A stretch of 63,659 nt of DNA, counting the filler, from Octopus bimaculoides (lineage: Eukaryota), in assembly GCF_001194135.2 (NCBI RefSeq). It is 8 parts of 6 records of this genome, joined end to end, with 100 filler letters (N's around TTAATTAATTAA, not from the genome) between each part and the next. Parts side by side here need not be neighbours in the genome. Positions count along the whole stretch, not along the records: positions 18,475 to 38,350 come from NC_068982.1; positions 38,451 to 43,821 come from NC_068990.1; positions 43,922 to 46,797 come from NC_068989.1; positions 46,898 to 49,212 come from NC_068998.1; 4 more parts are not named here. One strand, 5' to 3'. A model generated the notes under the pieces. That model was not told the DNA's origin, made no database searches, and saw nothing but the letters and a program-made list of their open reading frames with translations. How positions within the stretch are numbered: position 1 is the stretch's first letter; each line of letters starts with the position of its first letter. Made by a program: the position numbers and the translations under genes. This document shows, in pieces, positions 36,211 to 49,212 of this stretch.

Positions 36211-36682
36211 CTATAATAATAACAATAAAATTACAGACAATCTTTATGGTATTCTAAGGTCTATAAAACACTCATGTCTCAGTTAATCAGCTGACAAGAT
36301 TACACTAGAGTTTGGTGCAACTATATAAATGTCTCGTTGCATCATTAGTATTTTTGGCAATGAAAGCTATTATGTGGCTTGTATTCCGTATTCCGCACAC
36401 TAGACTACACCGTAGTCTGATGCCACCCCTCGAACTTCATAGGATTCAAGAGTGAGAAATGGGACTTGCTACGGAACACTAACTTTGGGTTACGTACCGC
36501 CTTTTACAGCCTCTATTCTCTCACCTCATCTCTCTTTCTATATGAGAGGGAGAAAGGTGTAGCATGTATGTATGTATGTATGTATGTATGTATGTATGTA
36601 TGTATGTATGTATGTATGTATGTGCGTATATACATGCGTGTGTGTGTGTGTATACATGTACATGTGCATATATATGTGTGTG

Positions 36683-36716
<34 letters not shown>

Positions 36717-37988
36717 TATAGACACATATAGATATATGCAAGTATATATATATATATATATAATGTGTGTGTGTGTGTGTGTGTGTGNNNNNNNNNNNNN
36801 NNNNNNNNNNNNNNNNNNNNNNNNNNNNNNNNNNNNNNNNNNNNNNNNNNNNNNNNNNNNNNNNNNNNNNNNNNNNNNNNNNNNNNNNNNNNNNNNNNNN
36901 NNNNNNNNNNNNNNNNNNNNNNNNNNNNNNNNNNNNNNNNNNNNNNNNNNNNNNNNNNNNNNNNNNNNNNNNNNNNNNNNNNNNNNNNNNNNNNNNNNNN
37001 NNNNNNNNNNNNNNNNNNNNNNNNNNNNNNNNNNNNNNNNNNNNNNNNNNNNNNNNNNNNNNNNNNNNNNNNNNNNNNNNNNNNNNNNNNNNNNNNNNNN
37101 NNNNNNNNNNNNNNNNNNNNNNNNNNNNNNNNNNNNNNNNNNNNNNNNNNNNNNNNNNNNNNNNNNNNNNNNNNNNNNNNNNNNNNNNNNNNNNNNNNNN
37201 NNNNNNNNNNNNNNNNNNNNNNNNNNNNNNNNNNNNNNNNNNNNNNNNNNNNNNNNNNNNNNNNNNNNNNNNNNNNNNNNNNNNNNNNNNNNNNNNNNNN
37301 NNNNNNNNNNNNNNNNNNNNNNNNNNNNNNNNNNNNNNNNNNNNNNNNNNNNNNNNNNNNNNNNNNNNNNNNNNNNNNNNNNNNNNNNNNNNNNNNNNNN
37401 NNNNNNNNNNNNNNNNNNNNNNNNNNNNNNNNNNNNNNNNNNNNNNNNNNNNNNNNNNNNNNNNNNNNNNNNNNNNNNNNNNNNNNNNNNNNNNNNNNNN
37501 NNNNNNNNNNNNNNNNNNNNNNNNNNNNNNNNNNNNNNNNNNNNNNNNNNNNNNNNNNNNNNNNNNNNNNNNNNNNNNNNNNNNNNNNNNNNNNNNNNNN
37601 NNNNNNNNNNNNNNNNNNNNNNNNNNNNNNNNNNNNNNNNNNNNNNNNNNNNNNNNNNNNNNNNNNNNNNNNNNNNNNNNNNNNNNNNNNNNNNNNNNNN
37701 NNNNNNNNNNNNNNNNNNNNNNNNNNNNNNNNNNNNNNNNTTAAAAGTAATCTTCAAATTAGACAGAAAAATAAATAAATCATTCTAAAAACAAAGCAAT
37801 CAAAATCGTACATGGTAACTTGTAAAAAAAAAAAGTTGAAGACTCTCCACAGTGTTGTATGGAAGCAGCGCCACTTCATTCCATTTTGCGTTTCAATATT
37901 TTAATCGGGGTGCAAACCAACAACATTCACTAAACGCAAGAAATGCAATATATAAATTTCATCTTTATGAATTCCATAAACTATGAAA

Positions 37989-38043
<55 letters not shown>

Positions 38044-38296
38044 CTGTCTCTTTCTGTGTGTCTCTCTCTCTTTCTCTCTGTCTGTCTGTCTGCCTATCTG
38101 TCTGCCTGTCTGTCCACGTCTCTCTCTTTCCCTCTCTCCCTCCTCTCTCTGTATATATATAATACGTATATATACATATATATATGTGTGTGTGTGTGTT
38201 TGTGTATAAATATATGGTTGCGTGTGCGTGTGTGTATGTATATGTGTGTTTTATGCCTATATATGTCTATATATACAGATATGTATATACATATAT

Positions 38297-38350
<54 letters not shown>

Positions 38351-38617
38351 NNNNNNNNNNNNNNNNNNNNNNNNNNNNNNNNNNNNNNNNNNNNTTAATT
38401 AATTAANNNNNNNNNNNNNNNNNNNNNNNNNNNNNNNNNNNNNNNNNNNNCACACACATATATGCATATATAGGCTTGTATGCACAATGCGTGCGTGTGT
38501 TCAGACTTCTGTACAATGTGTTTAGATACGCACACACACATATACATGTGTGCGTGCGTGTGAATGTCTTTATACAGATATATATATTTACATATATGCA
38601 TAAGTACGTAAATACGT

Positions 38618-38672
<55 letters not shown>

Positions 38673-39562
38673 CAGCCGTAGATTTGATGTGCTTTTTGTT
38701 CGGAACTCTGTCATCCAACTATTTATCGATTAAAATAAAATGAAATAATCTTATCTTGTGCATTTTATGAGCTAGAACGTGATATAGAATTTCCATCCCC
38801 TATTCTGTATTCATTCTCCAACCATAACATCTCTTCTCTGGCCCGCTCCATGCCCCTAAAGGCTTCGCCTTCAAAAAATACATGCCAATGGAATCTAATC
38901 ACTCTCTGAGCGATGTTCGCCAGAGAGTCATGAAATGGCACTTGAGTTTCAAAACGATTTGAAATGTTAAATTTGTACATACATCCACCTGCAAAAACGG
39001 TTTTGTTACATGATATAATAATTGTTTTCATCAATAAAAAAAAACTTCTGAAACAGCTGTAGTAGGTGAACCACAACCCATCTGTTGTTATTTGTCTCTG
39101 TGTGTGTGTGTGTCATTTTATCGACGATCATGTTCAATTGTTAATCCTTATACATTTTTCTCTCTGTTTTTTTTCTTTTTGTTGTCTTTTTTTCGTTCAC
39201 TGTCCACTTTTTTCCTCTCAATCCTTTCAGTCAAAGAGCGTAAGCTTGAAAAGTCAAAGACTTTTCCATTCTTCCTGAACGTCAAATTAATACACCTGCT
39301 TGTTGTTCCTTCACCTGTCTTCGTCTTTTGTTTTCTGTAATGGAGGCGTCAAAAAACATTTTAAAATCCACAAAGGTCAGGGCATAATTGCAGCTCTTAG
39401 TGGTCCAAATCGGATACGCAATCTATGTGGATGTATTTTCAATACGTTGTCTGGTTTAAACTATATATATATATGTATGTATGTATGTATTATGTACGTA
39501 TGTATGTATGTATGTATGTATGTATGTATGCATGTTTGTATGTAAGCATAAATGTATGTATG

Positions 39563-39840
39563 TTGAGGTGCGTTGCTTAATGATTCGAGTATTCGGCTCA
39601 ACGGTTGTAAAGTCGTGAGGTCGATACCCGGGAGTGCGTAGTGTCCTTGAGCAAGACACTTTATTTCACGTTGTTCAAGTCTGCTCAGTTGGAAAAAACT
39701 TAGTATCTGTATCCCAAGGGTCGGGCTTTGTCACATTCTGTGTCACGGTGAATCTCTTTGGGAACTACGTTATAGGACTGAGTGTCTTTGAGTGCTCAAC
39801 TACTTGCATGTTAATTCATGAACTGGAGCACTCATCGTCG
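39563..39840 (+). mobile_element. Diverged family C-like SINE
   Basis: tRNA-like head followed by CCTTGAGCAAGACACTTTATTTCACGTTG, shared with 2765-3107. Confidence 0.7.
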
Positions 39841-39969
39841 TAATCAAAGGAGTGACAATTATATAATATATTTTTGAGTATGAAAACCATATTTCCGGGT
39901 TTTTTTTTCTTGCGTTAAATAACTTTAATGAAATTCACATGCAATATGTCATTCACCTTTTACCTCTTA

Positions 39970-40155
39970 CCGCGGCCATGCTGTAGCATCACCTTGGAAA
40001 TTTTTTAGTTGAATGCATCGCCCCAGTACTTACTTTTTAGATCTGATACTTATTCTATCGGTCACTTTTTTGCCGAACCGCTAAGTTACCGGGGCGTAAG
40101 CACACCAATGCTAGTTGTCAAGTGACTGTGAGAACAAACACAGAGACAAAGACAC
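39970..40155 (-). mobile_element. Family A SINE 3' half
   Basis: CGCGGCCATGCTG...GCCGAACCGCTAAGTTAC...GTTGTCAAG is the reverse complement of the family A tail. Confidence 0.8.
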
Positions 40156-40240
40156 ACACACGCATGCACACACTCATGCACACACATACACGTATATGTG
40201 TGTGTGTGGTGTGTGGTGTGTGGTGTGTGTGTGTGTGTGC

Positions 40241-40302
<62 letters not shown>

Positions 40303-40741
40303 CTAATCCTTTAGGATTTTTCTCTCAGTATTATCCATACTTTTGTCTTTATCTGGCCCTAAAGCTGTATTCAGTATATTCATTTCGTCTTTGTCACTCG
40401 TCCTTATTTATTCCGTCTTTGTCACTCGTCTTGAATCACATTTATTCATGTTCGTATGCCCACTTCTGTATTGCACGTTTATCTATTTCTTGTTTGTTCG
40501 CTCTCATTCTGTTATGCTTTGGTCCCGTTTCCCGGCAGCTACTTCTTGTTGCTGCCGTCACTAGAAGGAATCAATATTATCATAAGGCGCGAAATTGAGT
40601 TTGACCATCAGGCCGATAACTGATGAGGAGCTGGTAAACTTCTGTGTCCGTTTTCCGTTTGCATCTGTATTTATTATATGTTTTTAACTTATCACGCAGG
40701 AGACCGGCTTTCGATTCCCTGCCAAGATGGTCCATTTTTAT

Positions 40742-41432
40742 AGGAGCAGGTGTAGCTGTGTGGTAAGAAGCTTGCTTCCAAACCACATGGTTCNNNNNNN
40801 NNNNNNNNNNNNNNNNNNNNNNNNNNNNNNNNNNNNNNNNNNNNNNNNNNNNNNNNNNNNNNNNNNNNNNNNNNNNNNNNNNNNNNNNNNNNNNNNNNNN
40901 NNNNNNNNNNNNNNNNNNNNNNNNNNNNNNNNNNNNNNNNNNNNNNNNNNNNNNNNNNNNNNNNNNNNNNNNNNNNNNNNNNNNNNNNNNNNNNNNNNNN
41001 NNNNNNNNNNNNNNNNNNNNNNNNNNNNNNNNNNNNNNNNNNNNNNNNNNNNNNNNNNNNNNNNNNNNNNNNNNNNNNNNNNNNNNNNNNNNNNNNNNNN
41101 NNNNNNNNNNNNNNNNNNNNNNNNNNNNNNNNNNNNNNNNNNNNNNNNNNNNNNNNNNNNNNNNNNNNNNNNNNNNNNNNNNNNNNNNNNNNNNNNNNNN
41201 NNNNNNNNNNNNNNNNNNNNNNNNNNNNNNNNNNNNNNNNNNNNNNNNNNNNNNNNNNNNNNNNNNNNNNNNNNNNNNNNNNNNNNNNNNNNNNNNNNNN
41301 NNNNNNNNNNNNNNNNNNNNNNNNNNNNNNNNNNNNNNNNNNNNNNNNNNNNNNNNNNNNNNNNNNNNNNNNNNNNNNNNNNNNNNNNNNNNNNNNNNNN
41401 NNNNNNNNNNNNNNNNNNNNNNNNNNNNNNNN

Positions 41433-41468
<36 letters not shown>

Positions 41469-41698
41469 GACGGGCTTCTTTCAGTTTCCGTCTATCAAAT
41501 CCTCTTACGAGGCTTTGGTTGGCCCGCGGCTACAGTAGAAGACACTTGCCTAGGGTGCAACGCAGTGGGACTAAACCCGGAACAATGTGGGTGGTAAGCA
41601 AGTTCTTACCACACAGCCACTGTTTGTGTGTTTGTGTGTCTGTGTTTGTCACCCACCATCACTTGACAACTGATGGTGATGTGTTTACGTCCCCGTAA
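40742..41698. mobile_element. Two family A SINEs in opposite orientation, apparently nested, across a gap
   Basis: Plus-strand head at 40742-40793, gap, minus-strand head at 41467-41620, then the plus-strand post-microsatellite body at 41621-41698. Confidence 0.7.
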
Positions 41699-42892
41699 AT
41701 ATATATATCCGAAATCTGAACTATTAAACGGATTTGGATTGGAAAACAAGAGGGAAAAAAATGTTGCTTACTGATCGTCTTACCTCAGCATTGCACAAAC
41801 GAAACACTCCATTTTGTCTATTTTCAAGCATGGTATATTTGGGGCAATTATTTTTAATGTACTCTTGCGTTCTGAACGTGATTTGCGGTGGATATTGCAG
41901 CTATTTCATGTATTCCGGGCGACCACTTATAAGTTCTTATATTATGAAAACTGGGAGTAGAAGTATCTGCAAAAATTAAGGAGAGAACTTTGTATTTTTT
42001 TGTCATTGATTGGATTCTAAAATCTAATACAACGTCTACCGATCACCGGTGTCATGCCACTGAAAGAATATGGCGGAAATTGGCGGAAACTGACGGAAAC
42101 TGACAGACTTGTGATGCAATCACTGCGTTAAAGCTATTCCTACATGGCTTCCGGTGTGTAAGTCTAATAACTTACACACTGTATCCACAGCGCATGTAGA
42201 TTGTCATACGTACATGCATTACGGATATACATTGCATACACATACATGCATATGCCTATATACCTATGAATAAACATACGTCATTTTATGTGCACAGGCA
42301 TAGACGTATAGACAATAACTTAGTTCGTTAATGAACATATTTTATTCTGTATGTGTTTGTGTTTGTGTGTGTGTGTGTGCGTGTGTACGCGCGAGTGCAT
42401 GTGTATGATTACAAGACAGAAACCGAGATGAAGTGTGTCTGTAAATATGAATGCAACTACACACACATACACACACACGCAACACACACGCAGACACATA
42501 CNNNNNNNNNNNNNNNNNNNNNNNNNNNNNNNNNNNNNNNNNNNNNNNNNNNNNNNNNNNNNNNNNNNNNNNNNNNNNNNNNNNNNNNNNNNNNNNNNNN
42601 NNNNNNNNNNNNNNNNNNNNNNNNNNNNNNNNNNNNNNNNNNNNNNNNNNNNNNNNNNNNNNNNNNNNNNNNNNNNNNNNNNNNNNNNNNNNNNNNNNNN
42701 NNNNNNNNNNNNNNNNNNNNNNNNNNNNNNNNNNNNNNNNNNNNNNNNNNNNNNNNNNNNNNNNNNNNNNNNNNNNNNNNNNNNNNNNNNNNNNNNNNNN
42801 NNNNNNNNNNNNNNNNNNNNNNNNNNNNNNNNNNNNNNNNNNNNNNNNNNNNNNNNNNNNNNNNNNNNNNNNNNNNNNNNNNNNNNNNNNNN

Positions 42893-42923
<31 letters not shown>

Positions 42924-43921
42924 CATATATTTATGCGTATATGTATATATATATGTGTGTGAGTATGTATGTATGTAATATATGTATGTATGCCTGTATG
43001 CATGTATATATGTGTGTATGTAATATATGTATGTATGTATGTATGTATGCATGCATGCATGTATGTATGCACTGCGTACTGGCTTACAATTAACTGCATG
43101 GCTGCATTCGAATAGCGCACTCTTTCTGAACTTGCATGCTTGTTTACACTGGAATCTCTTTTCATACACAGGACGCCTAATCACATATGCACACAATGTT
43201 GAGAATGCATCGTTTTAAGAGAAAGAGAGTAACAGACAGACAGAGATACACACAAACAACACATACATACACGAAAACATATTCGCATAAACGAACACGC
43301 ACTCATATACGCACGCGCGCCTTCTTCCACACAAACACCGACACTTTACCTATTCACTCACATTGATATACCCATATGGATCGATAGACATCTACACACA
43401 TTTTAAGACGTCATATCACGAGGAGGAAATTAGAAATTACCAAAATCAGAAAAATAAAAGGAAGTGCGAGCCATAAAAGTATGCGGCTGTGACGCATTTA
43501 AGGACAACTGGGTGAAAGTGTCAAATATAAACAAGTGCTTCAATATCAATGTATTTGTTAGTAGAAGACGGTCTTCTTTTATCGTCCAAATAATTACAAC
43601 TTTAATCAGATTTCAACGTCGGTGCTTTACAGAGAAACAAAACAGTTTCTTATTTACGTACGACTCTGATATCAGGAACATCTCGACCTAACTAATCATC
43701 CAAATTTCTTGCAGCTGTACTATAAGTATTATAGGTTTTATATATGTAAGTCTAATGCATCTACTGTTGATTTATTTTACTTGTAATTCAAATAGACTGC
43801 ATATCATTTTTATCTCTTCAGNNNNNNNNNNNNNNNNNNNNNNNNNNNNNNNNNNNNNNNNNNNNTTAATTAATTAANNNNNNNNNNNNNNNNNNNNNNN
43901 NNNNNNNNNNNNNNNNNNNNN

Positions 43922-44275
43922 GGGACGACACTGCATAGTGCCAAAGATCCCAGCAATGCCATCGCGCTTCAGGACCAGTTACTGCAACAGCTTGGGATTC
44001 AGGGGCCAACAGCTTTTTAATATTCTCCCAAAGAGCCTGAGGAATCTGCACAAAGTAGATGTAGGAGTTTTTAAATCAAAGCTGGACCTCTTCCTTCGAG
44101 AGTCCCAGATGAACCTACCTCGCGGCAGGAGGTGCAAATGAGGGTTGCTAAATCAAACTCCATTCTTCACCAAGTGCCACATATTGTAAGCGGCTCCCTG
44201 TAATAACAGTGTAGCAACACGGTGGTGCATCAGCATGGCCGCAGCTCTAAGCTGAAACTTTAAAAAAAAAAAAAT
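43922..44275 (+). mobile_element. CR1-like LINE 3' end
   Basis: GRHCIVPKIPAMPSRFRTSYCNSLGFRGQQLFNILPKSLRNL..VDVGVFKSKLDLFL, then the tail GGTGGTGCATCAGCATGGCCGCAGCT...GCTGAAAC and an A-rich end. Confidence 0.88.
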
Positions 44276-44394
44276 AATAAATAAATAAATATGAAGATAT
44301 TTTTTTCTCATAATTATTCCAAAATATCTATATTTTATTAATAAAGATCCAAATTGTAATGATAATAGAATTTGGAACTGAACAACCAATCTGT

Positions 44395-44975
44395 GAATCG
44401 TAAAGCACCTCAGTGTGAACAATATCCATTGTGTAATTTTTTGTTTGTGTCCAAATTAATAAATTATTGCCACTTCCAGCTCGTGAGCAACCAACATAGA
44501 GTTGGCCGTGAAAGAAGCATGTAGTAGATGAAGCCCAACTACCTTCAGAGATTTGCCCTGAGATTTGTTAACTGAAATACCAAAACGTAGCTTCACTGTA
44601 AATTCAAGCCTCTTAAATTCAAATAGAACATCTGTAGGTATCAGAGGAAGTTTTGGAATACAGAAAATTTCCTCTTTCTGACTCCCTATTTTGATTGTTA
44701 TTCGTAGGGCATGGGGTTTCATGGACGTAACAATTAAGTGAGTTCCAGTACACAGGTGAGGTGGGTCAAGATTCCTATGCTATATGATAGGAGCATCCAG
44801 CTTTAGTGTCGAGCTATGCTGTGGTATCCCATTGGGTTTAAGTGTGTTAACTTCAACAGAGTATTGGACAGCCTGATACTGATCGACTGTTGTATGAATT
44901 GATGGAAAAATAATTTCTGGTGTATCTGTTGTTTTGAAGAACTTCATGATTGAGTGCATCATCTATTTCATAAGT
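44395..44975 (-). mobile_element. Helitron PIF1-like helicase C-terminal fragment, decayed
   Basis: SIHTTVDQYQAVQYSVEVNTLKPNGIPQHSSTLKLDAPII and IPKLPLIPTDVLFEFKRLEFTVKLRFGISVNKSQGKSLKVVGL (T.NKSQG motif), ending near DIVHTEVL. Confidence 0.9.
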
Positions 44976-45314
44976 TGGAGTCAGTATATAGCTCTTTCAA
45001 ATAGCCAGTTAACATCAATGTAACTGACAAACACACATACACTCACATACTTATATGTATAAAATGTGCTTTGCTCACTTGTGCGTAAAGAAAGCGCAAA
45101 CACAGACTCACTGACAAACAGAAACAAAATATGACGGCGTCGTCGACGTGGTATAAAATGTCATTTGCTATAGTTGACATTATATTGTTTTAATCCAAAT
45201 GAAAATGAAAGTTACATGTTGACACTTGTTTGGCGGATTTAGTGATGCCGTTTGAGAATGCATAGGGAACAAAGAGAGGAATAGACACACAAACAAGCAA
45301 AGAATTTTATCTAG

Positions 45315-45349
<35 letters not shown>

Positions 45350-46639
45350 NNNNNNNNNNNNNNNNNNNNNNNNNNNNNNNNNNNNNNNNNNNNNNNNNNN
45401 NNNNNNNNNNNNNNNNNNNNNNNNNNNNNNNNNNNNNNNNNNNNNNNNNNNNNNNNNNNNNNNNNNNNNNNNNNNNNNNNNNNNNNNNNNNNNNNNNNNN
45501 NNNNNNNNNNNNNNNNNNNNNNNNNNNNNNNNNNNNNNNNNNNNNNNNNNNNNNNNNNNNNNNNNNNNNNNNNNNNNNNNNNNNNNNNNNNNNNNNNNNN
45601 NNNNNNNNNNNNNNNNNNNNNNNNNNNNNNNNNNNNNNNNNNNNNNNNNNNNNNNNNNNNNNNNNNNNNNNNNNNNNNNNNNNNNNNNNNNNNNNNNNNN
45701 NNNNNNNNNNNNNNNNATATATATATATATATATACGTATGTATATACATATATGTATATATATATATGTGTGTGTGCCTGTGTGTATTCTTACGTACAT
45801 GAGTAAATTTTTGTAAATAGTTTGCAAATATTACGGCATTTCTCTGACAAATTCACAATGAATACTCTTTCCTTTTCTTCTCTAGGCACAAGGCCCGAAA
45901 GTTTTAGATCGATCCCAGCACGCAACTGGTACTTAATTTATCGACCTCGAAAGGTAAATGGCAAAGTCGACCTCGGCGGAATTTGAACTCAGAACGTAAA
46001 GACAGACGAAATACTGCTCAAGCAATTCACCCGGTGTGCTAACGTTTCTGCTAACTCACCGCCTTAAATTCAAAATTAATATTGCGTTCGGAATAGTGAA
46101 GCTGAAACATTTGACATTTAACTGGAAGCTAAAATAATATCATTGCACACAAAATTGGTTTGCATATATGCAAACCAGAAATTTCCGCAAATATTTCACA
46201 GTCCTGTTGCTTGGACTGTATTACAAATTACAGAATATGTTTAAGTTATGTTTTTATTTTTATGTCATTTCTTCTTGTATAGTTATTTATCTTCGTTTGC
46301 CGTTATTCTTTTTTTTTTTTACGATCTCAATATTTTTGCTGTTTCCTTTCATACGCTTTAGAGTACTTTCTGTGTGTTTCATTTCATTGTAGTTGTTTTC
46401 AATGTTTTTATATTGTTATTAAAAAAAAATATTTTAGCATACGTTGGACTTTTTATGGTAATACGCAAGAACACATAGACGCCTCAATAGAATACAAGAA
46501 CAAATCCATCATGCAGAAACACCTTCACGCAAAAGAACAAAAATTTATACACACATACCACATGTGTAATATGTGTGAGTGCGTGCTTAGATGTTACGTT
46601 GTTAAATTATTTATTGTTTTTTAGCCCTTGTTGGTGTTC

Positions 46640-46797
<158 letters not shown>

Positions 46798-47537
46798 NNN
46801 NNNNNNNNNNNNNNNNNNNNNNNNNNNNNNNNNNNNNNNNNTTAATTAATTAANNNNNNNNNNNNNNNNNNNNNNNNNNNNNNNNNNNNNNNNNNNNTCC
46901 TTTCTTCTTCTTCTCCTCCGCCTCTTCCTTTCTTCTTCTTCTCCTCCGCCTCTTCCTTTCTTCTTCTTCTTCTTCTTCGTCGTCGTCGTCGTCTTCCTTC
47001 CTTCCTTCCTTCCTTCTTTCCTTCCTTCCTTCCTTCCTTCCTTTTAATTGCGTTGCATGTGAGCTCCGAAGTAGATCCCCTACAAAACCTGTGACCTTGT
47101 AAGTATTCCTCTTCAAATATCTGATACTGCCAAACATTCCGTACAAATATGTGAAGTCAGAAGTAATTTCCTTTCCAAAGTTGTGATTTTGTGGAAGGTT
47201 TTCTTCAAATTTCTAAGATTGCAAGAGATCGTTTTACAATTTGTAAGCTTGCAAAAGATATCCGATATAAATTTATGCGATTACGAGAAATTCCCTTCAA
47301 ATGTAAGAAGTACCCACCAGTAGATGTATCTCATTTTAGTTTCTGATTTTGCCAGATATCTTTTATATAACTGCGATTTTTGTAACATGTCTTCTATAAT
47401 TTTGTGGCCATGGGATGATTCAATGCAAAAATAAAACTTTCAGAAACCAGTGAAGAAAAAAATATACATGATTTCACATCAGGAATCTTTCAAAACGAAT
47501 TGATAAACGTATACACACACACACACACATATATATA

Positions 47538-47736
47538 TTGGGTTGGTGCATAATTAATGCGGCTTTTTTATCAACAAATTTTATTCAACAAAAGCAATAA
47601 CAATATTTAACAAAAACATCTTTAAATGACGGTCTGACCTTCTGCCAAGCAAATGGGAAGCAGTAATTGAAGTAGAGGGTGAATATGCTCCGGAATAATC
47701 AGTTAAAGATGTTTTTGTTACATGTTGTTATTGTTT
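47538..47736 (+). mobile_element. mariner-derived fold-back MITE retaining the transposase C-terminus
   Basis: TA|TTGGGTTGGTGCATAATTAATGCGGCTTTT is a mariner-type TIR. Inner inverted arms AACAAAAACATCTTTAA / TTAAAGATGTTTTTGTT surround LPSKWEAVIEVEGEYAPE*. The right end is lost in a gap. Confidence 0.78.
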
Positions 47737-49158
47737 NNNNNNNNNNNNNNNNNNNNNNNNNNNNNNNNNNNNNNNNNNNNNNNNNNNNNNNNNNNNNNNN
47801 NNNNNNNNNNNNNNNNNNNNNNNNNNNNNNNNNNNNNNNNNNNNNNNNNNNNNNNNNNNNNNNNNNNNNNNNNNNNNNNNNNNNNNNNNNNNNNNNNNNN
47901 NNNNNNNNNNNNNNNNNNNNNNNNNNNNNNNNNNNNNNNNNNNNNNNNNNNNNNNNNNNNNNNNNNNNNNNNNNNNNNNNNNNNNNNNNNNNNNNNNNNN
48001 NNNNNNNNNNNNNNNNNNNNNNNNNNNNNNNNNNNNNNNNNNNNNNNNNNNNNNNNNNNNNNNNNNNNNNNNNNNNNNNNNNNNNNNNNNNNNNNNNNNN
48101 NNNNNNNNNNNNNNNNNNNNNNNNNNNNNNNNNNNNNNNNNNNNNNNNNNNNNNNNNNNNNNNNNNNNNNNNNNNNNNNNNNNNNNNNNNNNNNNNNNNN
48201 NNNNNNNNNNNNNNNNNNNNNNNNNNNNNNNNNNNNNNNNNNNNNNNNNNNNNNNNNNNNNNNNNNNNNNNNNNNNNNNNNNNNNNNNNNNNNNNNNNNN
48301 NNNNNNNNNNNNNNNNNNNNNNNNNNNNNNNNNNNNNNNNNNNNNNNNNNNNNNNNNNNNNNNNNNNNNNNNNNNNNNNNNNNNNNNNNNNNNNNNNNNN
48401 NNNNNNNNNNNNNNNNNNNNNNNNNNNNNNNNNNNNNNNNNNNNNNNNNNNNNNNNNNNNNNNNNNNNNNNNNNNNNNNNNNNNNNNNNNNNNNNNNNNN
48501 NNNNNNNNNNNNNNNNNNNNNNNNNNNNNNNNNNNNNNNNNNNNNNNNNNNNNNNNNNNNNTATATATATATAGGTATATCAGTACCTATGTTTCGGTAC
48601 TTTGTCCATAAGCATCATGCAATCTGCCTTTCACTCTGTGACAGAATCACTTTGTTACCATCTGGAATAATTGCTTCTTGAACTACGTTAATTCAATGAA
48701 CGAATACTTCAATTGATCGAACGAACTGAATGCTCATCGTCGAAACCGACGATGAACCATTAACTTCTGTTTCTGTATGTTTATGTACATGGATAAAGAT
48801 GATTGTAGTCTGGCTATTCTTCATCATTGCAATTATCTTCTGTTTTGTTTGCAAACGTCGTGTTAAGAACGCGTCTGACAAAGTAAATATAGGCAGTACA
48901 GTTATTGTTTCAAGCTCCCCCTAAAATTGATAGCAGGTGACTAGCTGAGTAATGGGTTAGGGGAGGGAGAAATGTATGCGTGGTGCCAGTATTTAAACTA
49001 AGAACAACACTATTAAGGCTTCTGTTATTTGAATATAAGTCTTGTATGTGAATGAGTGTGTGTACACATATATGAAAATATACATGTGTACACACACTAA
49101 AATATACATATGTGCATATATATCATATATATGTGTATATATATGCATATGCGTGTGT

Positions 49159-49212
<54 letters not shown>

